Notes under the pieces: model-generated
What the model was told of the DNA's origin: nothing
Databases searched by the model: none
The model's input: the letters and a program-made list of their open reading frames with translations, nothing else
Shown: positions 50,816 through 60,636 of the stretch, piece after piece
Layout of the letters: every line of letters begins with the position of its first letter
How positions within the stretch are numbered: position 1 is the stretch's first letter
Source: a virus
Taxonomy: Duplodnaviria > Caudoviricetes
Virus record (IMG/VR): IMGVR_UViG_3300037067_011041
Span: 32,001 to 96,000 of that record
DNA: 64,000 nucleotides
Direction: 5' to 3' (one strand)
Position numbers and translations under genes: made by a program

Positions 50816-51387
50816 CCCTGGACGAATATCAACAACACTCTCGACACAACGGAGACAACATGCTTCTCAACGAATATCAGACTGGCGCAGTCAGCACGGC
50901 GATCTACACCGGCAAACTGGTCTACCCTACTCTCGGACTGTGCGGCGAACTGGGCGAGCTACTGGAGGCCATGCAAAGTCGACCCGCCAGTCGAGATCGA
51001 ATCATGAAAGAGGCAGGAGATGTCCTTTGGTATGCAGCGAATGTAGCGGCTGACATTGATATGCAACTATCTGATATCATGGGCCGCGATGTTTTCGTGG
51101 ACGACGATGAATGGTACGTTGCAGACATTGTTGTGGAACTCCCTCTGTGGACTGGACAGGTAGCAGAAAACGCCAAGAAAATTCTTCGAGACAACGGCGG
51201 CGAGGTAACTGCCGACAGGTCAAAGAAGATCGCAGAGGCGTTGAAAAACATCATCCTTCTTCTGGAGCGGCTATGCGGCTCTTGCTTTTTTGGCTTCACT
51301 CTGGAAGAGTGTGCCCAACTTAACTATGAGAAGCTAACCTCGCGGCAGGAACGCGGGGTGCTTCGTGGCGATGGAGACAATCGATGA
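50812..51387 (+). CDS. MazG-like nucleotide pyrophosphohydrolase
   Basis: LGLCGELGE, KEAGDVLWY, NYEKLTSRQERGVLRGDGDNR. Confidence 0.88.
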   Translation: MTLDEYQQHSRHNGDNMLLNEYQTGAVSTAIYTGKLVYPTLGLCGELGELLEAMQSRPASRDRIMKEAGDVLWYAANVAADIDMQLSDIMGRDVFVDDDEWYVADIVVELPLWTGQVAENAKKILRDNGGEVTADRSKKIAEALKNIILLLERLCGSCFFGFTLEECAQLNYEKLTSRQERGVLRGDGDNR

Positions 51388-51842
51388 GACAACTTGTTTC
51401 GGCTTTGCTGTTCTACTATCTCGGAGGAGTTACTCTGGCGACGGCATTCGCGGTCGGCTTTGGTAACAGTGGCCTGGATGCCCTTGTTTCGGCTGCTCAG
51501 TGGCCGTACTATGTTGGCCTGTTCCTTGTCGAACTGTACTCGGCATGAAACTCAACCTGAAAATCGTCAGCATAAATCCAGAAGGTGATGGAGTAACTTG
51601 CCTGTATATCAACAATATGTTGCACATGTACGGCGATTACTACCATAACAAAATCGATGACTGGATAGCTGGCTTCGTAGCCGGTCTTAACTTCGATCGG
51701 CCATCTACCGACAATATCGAGCCCGAGAACTGGTATGTCCTTGGAGAAAGCTATGAAGATCCAGATCAACTAGAAGATCTCATGCTAAACCCACCAAGCG
51801 TTTTTGCCGCTCTTCCAGCCCTAACACAGGAGTATTGACGCA

Positions 51843-52727
51843 ATGCGGTGTTTGTTCCTCGTTTGTTTGCTTTCTGTGTCGGCGTTCGGTCAAACCGCAT
51901 CCGAACTCCGTTCGCATGTCGAGTATCTCGCTTCCGATGAACTCGGAGGCAGGTACCCGGCAAGCGATGGCATGCAGAAGGCCAAGGACTATGTCCGGGC
52001 CGAATGCAAGAAACTTGGCTTGCAGACGTACACGCAGGACGTGGCAGTCAAGGGCGGCACCTGCCAGAACGTTATTGCTGTGCTTGAAGGACAAGACCCC
52101 AGCAAGCGAATTGTCATTGGCGCCCATCTGGACCACATCGGCCAGCGAGGCAACAACAGCCGCGACGCCTTGTACACGGGCCCTACGGTTTACAACGGGG
52201 CAGACGACAACGCTTCTGGGTCGGCGGCCGTACTGGCTCTTGCCAAGCGACTGGCCAATACCAAGCCTGGATGCACCTTGGAATTCCACTGGTACACTGG
52301 TGAAGAGCAGAATCTGCTTGGCTCCAAATACTGCACACAGAGCCCGGTCGGAAAGATTGACGAGTACAAACTGATGGTCAATCTCGACATGGTCGGCAGG
52401 CTACAGGATGGGCTATCCGGGGACGCCCCATTCCCCTTCGACTTGACGCCTCTGTATGCCAAGTACCCGTTTGCCGAAGGCATAACCATTGCTCGTGACA
52501 CCAGAGACAGCGATCACTCGTCCTGGTGGCAGGCAGGTGTCCCGGCCGTGTTGCTTCACACTGGCTTGCATCCGGACTACCACAAGCCCGGAGACGACGC
52601 GAACAAGATCAACTACGACGGGCTGGTAAAGGTGTGTCAGTACGCCTGCGATCTGGTGTGCATGATGGATCAGGAACTGGTGCCACACCAGCCGGTGGTG
52701 AAGCCGAACCGGCCGATCCTGTACTGA
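51843..52727 (+). CDS. Secreted M28-family metallopeptidase
   Basis: Signal peptide; GAHLDH, GADDNASG, GEEQNLLGS, NLDMVG, SDH, DYHKPGD. Confidence 0.92.
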   Translation: MRCLFLVCLLSVSAFGQTASELRSHVEYLASDELGGRYPASDGMQKAKDYVRAECKKLGLQTYTQDVAVKGGTCQNVIAVLEGQDPSKRIVIGAHLDHIGQRGNNSRDALYTGPTVYNGADDNASGSAAVLALAKRLANTKPGCTLEFHWYTGEEQNLLGSKYCTQSPVGKIDEYKLMVNLDMVGRLQDGLSGDAPFPFDLTPLYAKYPFAEGITIARDTRDSDHSSWWQAGVPAVLLHTGLHPDYHKPGDDANKINYDGLVKVCQYACDLVCMMDQELVPHQPVVKPNRPILY

Positions 52728-52729
52728 CC

Positions 52730-53514
52730 ATGAGAATACGCCCGATTATTGCTTGGTACGACGTGTGGATCGGCGCCTACTGGGACCGATCCACACGTCG
52801 TCTTTATCTGATGGTGCCAATGGTTGGCATCGTCCTTGACTTTGGAGACCGCGAATGAGATTTGGCTTGTTCATCTATTGTTTGTCCTTGGCGGTTTTGA
52901 TTGCGTTATCATTGGTTATATTCAATGACCTTGAAAGTCCTATTGGACTTAGCCAGACACAAGACATTATCCAGATGGTCGAAGAGGAGCCGACTCTTTC
53001 TTCAACCGTTCGAGAGTACAACGCTGACGGCGTGATTACTCAACTGGAGTTTATCTACATCCGGAATCAGTTCTACTCTCTGCAAGAAGCAAGGGTGAAG
53101 GAAGAACTGGAAAGAAAGATCAACCCCAGACGGAGGCCATGTTGACATGTCACGAAGTAGCTACATCTACTTGGCCGTCGACCGAGAAACCGACAAGACG
53201 CTCGCCGGGTTCACCGTGAAGTACGAGATGTTCGACTGGCTGAAGTGGCACAAGAGAACACCGGCTGACACCCGCCTCTATCGCCTATGCGGGGTTAGAT
53301 GGACCAAGACACTGGAAGAGAAGGCCCCGATCGAATTTGAATGGGAATAACAATGGCCGATAGATTGATTGTGATGCTGCCTGGAATGACGTTGGGCTTG
53401 TACGCGTTGACGGCCGTCGCCTTCGCCACGAAGAAGGAGTATGGCTGGTGCCTAGCCTACGCGGCCTACGCCTTAGCCAACGTAGGGCTTATCCTGGCAT
53501 CACTTGGAAAGTAG
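52730..53514 (+). other. Last small plus-strand CDSs (52730-52858, 52855-53145, 53147-53350, 53353-53514 membrane)
   Basis: Coupled ORFs; converge with minus arm near 53515. Confidence 0.5.
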
Positions 53515-53515
53515 G

Positions 53516-56168
53516 CTACTGCCTCAGCTTCTTCAGTTCGCCGAGGATCTCGCTGCGTCTTTGCTCAAGGTCTTTCCGGTCGACAGTGAACATTACGTTG
53601 TCGATAGCGGCCTCGACGCCAGCGAGTTCAATCTCCAAGGCTGAAATAGCTACCTGTGCCTGATAGGCAAACATCTGTTTTCGCAGGTTGCCCTTTGGGT
53701 TTACGCCCCTGCCGATTCGTTTTCGTCTCATTGGTCAGATTCCATAGTTGCGGCTGTTCAGACACTGATCGTACCACGCTTGACGGTTTTTACGCCTTTC
53801 TTCTGGCGTGTCCACGTTGTCAATTACCATGTGCACATCGCACAACTCTCCATCAACATAGAACCGGGTGGTAAGCCGATTTCCTTGAAGCGTGGCGCCC
53901 ATGCCAGTGCTAGATATTGCTAGCCGCAATTGCTCAAGCACTTTTTTCTCTTCGCTTGTGTACTCACAACGATACAGGTGTCCCATGATGCCTCCTGGTT
54001 ACTTTACTCGAAAGACGACTTCGCCGTCTTCCCCGGCCCCCGTGTAAAGTTCTTCGAGTTTTGATCTTGGCAAATCGATCTCAAGATTCTTATCCAGACC
54101 GATGTAGATCAGTTCCGAATCTGGGTGAATCATATATGTCAAGTCTGAAACCCAGCCGCTGTGATCCGGTCGCGCTACCACGATAAGCTTGTCTGGTTCG
54201 CGCAAAAGGCTAACACGCTGGGCTGGCATCGGCAGAAGGAAGTTGACACATTCCCTATGCACCTCTTCATTCGGCCGTGGCTCAACGGCCACTAGCTTGA
54301 CTCCTCGTTTCACCAACGCTTTGGAAAACACACACTGACCGGCCCCGACTTCGATCGTGACCCGCTCACCTGCATAGTCAGCAAACCAATCGCAGAATTG
54401 CGGGTACGGCTCAAAGTGAGTGACAACGTTTGGTGGCAGCAGGTTGAACATATTGAGATCAAGCATCACAGTCTCCAGATCCAAATGGTCCCTATCTTCA
54501 CGACGCGGCCGTCGACGATTTTTATACTGGTCCAACCGGCGATGGCGTCTTCGTATTTCATGCAAACGCTTTTGCTTCGTCAGGGGTCAGGTAGCCGGAG
54601 CCACCACATAGGCCGCACACTTGCCCCGTGAATTTGCTGATTTTCGTTGTTTCGCAGTCTGGGCAGTCGACTCGAACTTCGCAAGCGAAACGTTCGTCGC
54701 AGCATGTGTGGCGAAATTCTTGATCGTCACAGCGTTGCCACGGCAACTCGGTAACCACCGTCAGCAGTCTCCGTGCGTTTCGTCCGTCAAGATGAATGAA
54801 GCCTACAGGAATACCGGGGAAGTCTCCTCCGTCCCACCAGATGCCGCTGGTGACGCCGCGATAAACCATTGCCCCTTCGAGATCCGCTACACCCCGATCG
54901 ATGCTTCCGACTATCACAAGGCCGCTGCCAAGTTCCTTGTACTGCTCGAAAGCGCTTTCAGCGTGCTTCTCAAGGCTGCCGATCAGTCCTTTGTTCCGGT
55001 CGCACCACCATGTGCTGCTGGGCTTGTATGCGTAAGAGTAAAGATGCGCCTGGATCGATTTGCCATCTAGCCGTACTAGTTGACGCCTCTTCCGCATTGT
55101 ATAGACATACACGCCCATTTGTTTTGTATCCCTGTCCTTGAAAGTAGTCTTCGATAAGTAGGTAAAGAAGGTCTTCACGTAAAGAGCGTTGAAAATTGCT
55201 ACATCGCTGAAGGTCTACGCACACCCAGAACATGAGGGAGTCGCTCAAAACCTTCGTATCGGCCCCTTGTTGTTTCAGTTGCCAGACAACCGGGGCCAGC
55301 TTGCTCATAAGCGATTGCCACCGATCGTGTTCTTGCTCCTCGACATCCATGAGATGCCACGCCACGCCGCAGTACGGGTCGCATTCAACATATTGACGCT
55401 CATCAAACCAGTCGCTGATGATTGTGCGAAACGTAGTCAGGTCAACGTGGCTCATTGGTGCCCTACAGTTTGAACGAGGTTATAGCATACTCGGTTTTGC
55501 AACACACGCAATAGACGAGTACGCGGGTCTCACCGACGCCTGGGGTCGCGAGTATCTCTCTAAACCGGTCTCTCAGTCCGTCACCTTCTTCGTCCAAAAC
55601 GGCCTCGAATTTGCTGTGTGCGCCGCAGTAAGGACAGGAGACGTAAAATGCAAGGCTGACGTGGGCGGCTACTTCTTTCATCGCCGCTCTCTCAACTCGG
55701 CCATTACGCCAGAAACCAGTGTGCACACCCCGTTCCAAATACAGAAGCCTGCTGATGCCCCCACGGCCCCTGACCAACCGCATTGTGCTCCAACAATGGT
55801 GACGGCAAGAAGATGAAAAGGGGAAATCTTCCAGTAGAACAGTTCGTTGTTACCCAGGCGTTCTTTCATAGTTACCACTCGTTTATCTCGGGTCCGTAAG
55901 CAGTGAACCGCATTGGTTCACCAGTCAACTTCAGTTCGTCGTCCCACACTTCAAGGAACTCATCTAGCGGACGCAGGTAGGCCCGCTCGTCAGTTCCAAG
56001 ACTTTCAACTTCTCCTTTCACAGAGAAGGTAGCCATCCCCATTGCCATGATGAACTCATCGAGGCACGCGTGCTCTTGCAAAATCTTGCGGGCAAGTCGC
56101 CTGACTTCCGCCAAGGCCAACTCTGTTGCCTTGTTGAAGTGAAATTCGATCTGCTTGTTGATTCGCAT
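53516..56168 (-). other. Minus-arm small hypothetical CDSs (53516-53731, 53735-53986, 54558-55178, 54970-55455, 55872-56168 and others)
   Basis: Tightly packed ORFs. Confidence 0.5.
53999..54565 (-). CDS. Putative SAM-dependent methyltransferase-fold protein
   Basis: IEVGAGQC glycine loop, LVAVEP. Confidence 0.5.
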   Translation of the reverse strand: MHEIRRRHRRLDQYKNRRRPRREDRDHLDLETVMLDLNMFNLLPPNVVTHFEPYPQFCDWFADYAGERVTIEVGAGQCVFSKALVKRGVKLVAVEPRPNEEVHRECVNFLLPMPAQRVSLLREPDKLIVVARPDHSGWVSDLTYMIHPDSELIYIGLDKNLEIDLPRSKLEELYTGAGEDGEVVFRVK

Positions 56169-56179
56169 CTTCTCTCCAG

Positions 56180-56277
56180 TGGAGGTGTCCGGAGTCGAAC
56201 CGGAATCCTAGCCGTACTCGCTACTTACACATGGGCCTTTTCGCTCAAACGCACGGTAGTCGAAACCTGTCACCCCC
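56180..56277 (-). ncRNA. Minimal tmRNA-like RNA (tRNA-like domain only, 98 nt)
   Basis: 5' GGGGGTGACAGGTTTCGAC; 3' TCCGG-TTCGACT-CCGGA-CACCTCC-A; G3:U70; P2-like helix. Confidence 0.8.
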
Positions 56278-57871
56278 GGCTACTCTCTGATTCGTTATTT
56301 TCGTCCCAGTTGACGTCTTCCCAGAGACAGACATCATCTTTGCTGCCTGATTGGCACATGTCTTCGAGCAACTTGTGCTTGAAGATAGTGATGTAGATCG
56401 TGTACCTGCTGCATTCTGAGGCTACACAGTTATCCTTGAAGTCTTCTGGCAGGCTTAGTTGAATCTCGTTGAATCCAATCCAGATCGATTGGACGCCCTC
56501 ATCAGTTGCTCCGCCGTAAGCCGACACCGGCTTGTTCTTCGTTCGCATGTTCACGTGAAGCACGATGACGTTTTCGTCCCGGCACAGAAGACAGATGTCT
56601 TCAATGTGCCGCCGCTCGTCATGGTACTTCACGTTGATACCGACACTATTGATGGTGTATCCTCGGTATGTTACGGGCTCGTTGTACATCAGTCTTTCCT
56701 GCCGCTCTTAATCAGCTTCTCTGCGAAGTCGGACAGGTCCAAAAGGCAGTTGTACACTTCGTGGTAACCGCCAGAGTGCCCTTGTTCCCATGCATAACAC
56801 TGGAGAGTAAGGATGCCCTCCGCATCGAGAAACTCGTCATAGCCGATGTCTTCGCGACAATCTGCCCAAAACTTGGCCTCCAGCCTGTGTTCTTCCTCAT
56901 TGTAAGGCTTGACGGCTTCTTTGAACCAGTCGCGTACACGGGCCGGCACCGCCGCCAGCAGATCTTCACGCTCTTGGCCGGTAAGCCGCTGACTGTTGAT
57001 ATAGTCTATCAAACCGGCTTTGTACGCGACGCGGTCCGGATATGGAACGTTGTTTTTGTAGTCGTCGAAGTTCATTTCGTTTTCCTGTTCACTCGCTCTC
57101 TGATAGGCCGCATTGCCTCGTGCAGGCATGCCATGTGATACACCTTGGCATTCCCGCTGGCTTTGATTGGCTTCTTACAGATGGGACACTTGGTCATTTT
57201 CATCACAGTAGAATCGTGGTGCTGATTCCGATGGCGGCCAACATCTCCGCTTCTTCTTTAAGTGTAGCACACGGTTTGCATTTGTCAAGCCAATCCGGCC
57301 CGATTTCTTTACAAAGCATGTCATACCAAGTTGAACCGGCATCAAACCGTTCGCCGTCAGATGGCCGGAACATTGCATGGTGTCCATCGCCGTCGGCCGG
57401 GTTCCACCCAGTCAGAAGCACCTTCCTGCCATCTTCCCTGGTGTACAAACGGCACAAAGTGACAAGGGTCCGATGCCGCCTGTACTTGTCATCCTCATTG
57501 TGGATGGCGGTGACGACGAAGTACGGGATGGCGTTGTCCACGTGGTCGAAGTGACTTGACGACTTGCTGTTGGCTCTCTGGACGAATGCCAACCACGGGT
57601 CACCGGGCTGGATGTCGTAGCTGTATCGCTCCCCAGGCACAACGACGATGTCGCCAACCTTGATGCGAGTCTCATACGGCTGGTCTCGGCAAGCCTCAGC
57701 CTCTTCCAGCGTGTCATACGACTTACCACAAACAGGGCAGGAATATCTGATAGGCTGATCTTGGCTGATGAGTTTCGCCGCGTCTTTGCCGTATGCGTAC
57801 CTCTTGGTCTTCCAGCTTCCTTCCTTGTAGATCTGGCATTCTTTGACGATTTTGGCGATATTGATGTCCAT
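56270..57871 (-). other. Hypothetical CDSs (56270-56689, 56689-about 57075, 57203-57871)
   Basis: Coupled ORFs. Confidence 0.55.
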
Positions 57872-58086
57872 CAGTTTCCTCCCTTGAGGGCGTCGCGTTC
57901 ACGCCGGGTGGCTTCAAGGTCGAACACGAGGTAGCTCACGTCTAGCCGAAGCTGACTGAGCGTTTCTTTGACGAGATTCAGTATACGAAGACGTTCCTGG
58001 TCGGTGTCCCGGATGACTTCCGCAGCGAACCGCACATTCGGGTCGCTGTGTCGCAGAAGCATTTCCATAGCTTGGTCTTTGTTCAT
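57871..58086 (-). CDS. Small coiled-coil protein resembling a conserved Planctomycetes family
   Basis: RILNLVKETLSQLRLDVSYLVFDLEATRRERD. Confidence 0.65.
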   Translation of the reverse strand: MNKDQAMEMLLRHSDPNVRFAAEVIRDTDQERLRILNLVKETLSQLRLDVSYLVFDLEATRRERDALKGGN

Positions 58087-58556
58087 TCCCATCCTTTCCC
58101 TCTTGTCCAGCAGCAAACGATTCCACCGTCATGAATGTTGTCGCAGTAGAGACGTTCCAGTTCATCCAGTTGCTTTGACTCCACGTCCTTGCCGTCTCGC
58201 ATGTAGTAGTTTTTGTAGCATCCCCACATGACTTCGTCCAAGCCCATTCTCTCAGCGATCTCCACGGCTCTGGCTAGGATCGCTTTTTCTGCTTCGTCCT
58301 TTGCCTGTTCGATCTTATCGACGATCGCTTGCAGTTCTTTCGTAATCATTTCAACCTTTCGTTCACCAATGAGATGAAAGCGTCCCGCTCGCTGTCGTCC
58401 AGGAATATCTTCCAGGCCATTGTCAGCCGCAAGTCGCACATCAAGTCGAGATCCTTGCACACGGTGCCGACCGCTAACTTCAGATCGGTAATCCCACGCC
58501 TGTGAGGAATGGTAAAGTGTCTTGGGCCTAGAATCATCGTTGTCTCCCGATACTAA

Positions 58557-58584
58557 AACATACCACACTTTTCGACGAAGTCAA
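58557..58584 (-). promoter_or_regulatory. Class-I promoter variant TTGACT-N16-TATGTT (genes 58346-58537, 58083-58349)
   Basis: Shares 15 identical nt with the 59174-59201 promoter. Confidence 0.75.
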
Positions 58585-58585
58585 G

Positions 58586-59167
58586 TCAAATCGACAACAA
58601 TTTCAGAATAGGCTCCAGGTGAGCGCTGTCGGCGTCAAGTTCAAGATCAACGAAGGCGAGGCCAGTTCCTCTGCACCACTCGACGTCATTGTCAATCAGA
58701 TAGTCGATCACTGGTCGGATGGCGCGTAGGCAGAGGAACTCGATAAAAACTGTGTCGGAGTCATTAGTGACCTTCACGCCCGCAACAAAATCGAAGACAT
58801 CCAGTCGCTGGGATAGCTCGTGCCGGGCCTTTTCCTCGTTTTCCTTACGGACGTCTGCTTTCCACATGCTGTCGGCTACTTGACGAAACTTGTCGGCCAA
58901 GTCAATGATGTCCGGCTTCTTGCTGTCGTCAAACACGGGGCGGAAGCGAAGCTTCTTGAAGTAGTTGCTGCCCCTTCCACCATTGATCTGCAACTCACAA
59001 CGGCTGCCCGAGAGGCTGTGCCACAGGTACGATATGCTGTAGACCCGATCGACATAGCCAATCTTCATACGCCCGGCCCGCTTGGCGTCACATACAACAG
59101 TGAATCCCTCTTTCCGTAGCTGGTCGGCGACGGCGAGGATCGTTTCGATTTGTTTTGTTGTGTCCAT
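58586..59167 (-). CDS. Hypothetical protein (leaderless start)
   Basis: ATG 6 nt after the -10 box. Confidence 0.6.
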   Translation of the reverse strand: MDTTKQIETILAVADQLRKEGFTVVCDAKRAGRMKIGYVDRVYSISYLWHSLSGSRCELQINGGRGSNYFKKLRFRPVFDDSKKPDIIDLADKFRQVADSMWKADVRKENEEKARHELSQRLDVFDFVAGVKVTNDSDTVFIEFLCLRAIRPVIDYLIDNDVEWCRGTGLAFVDLELDADSAHLEPILKLLSI

Positions 59168-59173
59168 ACTTAA

Positions 59174-59201
59174 AGCATACCACACTTTTCTGCAAAGTCA
59201 A
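59174..59201 (-). promoter_or_regulatory. Class-I promoter TTGACT-N16-TATGCT, leaderless
   Basis: Motif family. Confidence 0.8.
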
Positions 59202-59211
59202 GTAAAGCGCA

Positions 59212-59250
59212 TAAAAATACCCCGCAGAGGGTTAGCTACCCCTCTGCGGG
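59212..59250 (-). terminator. Rho-independent terminator
   Basis: CCCGCAGAGGG/CCCTCTGCGGG stem followed by GTATTTTTA on the minus strand. Confidence 0.85.
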
Positions 59251-59377
59251 GCGGAGACGGCGGGCACTCCATTCTCCCGATACAACCGCTTCATCGGCTC
59301 CACTGACTGGCTACGATCGATAGCTGGTCAGCTTCAACACCTCCGCGATTGCACAGTGCAAACGAATGACTGGCCCT

Positions 59378-60636
59378 TCAACCGGCTCCCATCCTTGATT
59401 CGATGATCTTTCTTGCCTCTTCCACCCCGATATCCTGGACGGCTTCAATCAGCCTCGACTCTGCATTGGCCTTGTCTTTCTGATTGAAATGTGCATCTCG
59501 GGCCTCTTTGTACTTCGTGTACAGTTCTAGCGGCAAGATGCCATACTTGTGAGCGTTCTCGATGCTTACCGTGTCATGTGTGTCTAGCTCGATGCTTCCA
59601 TAAGATTCGCAGGCGCAGATATAGATGAATTTGCCGTCATCCGTTTTGATAAGCACGTCTTCTATTTCCAGGCCACGGGCTATCGATGCAATCGTCTTGC
59701 CTACGAGTCCGGTGATAGGGATCTGCTTCGCGTTGATAGCGTCCTGGCACTCTTTCTGGGCCTCGCGATAGTTCACTTCAAACGAGTGTTTCCTTGCCTT
59801 CTCGTTGACGACACCGAGTATCTGGAGCAACTTATCATCAACCATCAAAATGCCTTCCAACCGTCTTGAACCATCTTGAACATAGGTACGAGGGTAGCCA
59901 CTTCAATGGTGGCTGGATTGTAATACCACGGCCATGCCTTCCATGTTTTTCTGACTTTATCTGCTTCTGCAAATGTGTCGAAGACACAGATATGCTTTGG
60001 GATCTTGCCGTCGTGCTCTTCTTCGCTGGACCAGAACCAATCACTCTCCGACGCCCATGCAATCGTGCCCGCCTTCGTCATGACAGTCCCGTCGAAGGCT
60101 TTGGCTTCTTTGCACGTGATACGCAAAGCGTATACAATGGCCCCTGGTTGTCTGTCTTTGTTCATCGTGTCCTCAGATCGGCATTACTTCGACAGCGATA
60201 TCGGTGTCGAATAGAGCGGCCTTGATTTCCTCAAGGATGAGCCCGTAATCGGCCGGATCATGCTCTTTCAGGAAGTCTTCCAGCCAAGGATCATCGCCCT
60301 CGAATCCGGACAACTCTCGCACGCCGTTCACAAGGGCAGCGACCGGGTTCGACGCCTCGACAATCATCATCTTCAGTTCGTTGTCGAAGTAATTCAAGTA
60401 GGCTACAGCGTAACGCATATTGTTTCTCCTGGTTTCTTTTCTCGGCATGTCTTGCACTTCCTGCCGGGACGGCCGGGAGGAATGTCCGTGCCGCACTCGA
60501 TGCAATGCTTTGCATCGAGTTTGCGAACGACCCGCCTGAAACGACCATCAAGATTAAAGAAGTCTGGATTCATTCCAAGCATCGCGGCCACCAACTCTGC
60601 GCGTCTCATAGGATTCTCGCTCCTGGGTATTTCCAA
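59378..60636 (-). other. Hypothetical CDSs (59378-59845, 59845-60165, 60173-60418, 60403-60636)
   Basis: Coupled ORFs. Confidence 0.5.
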
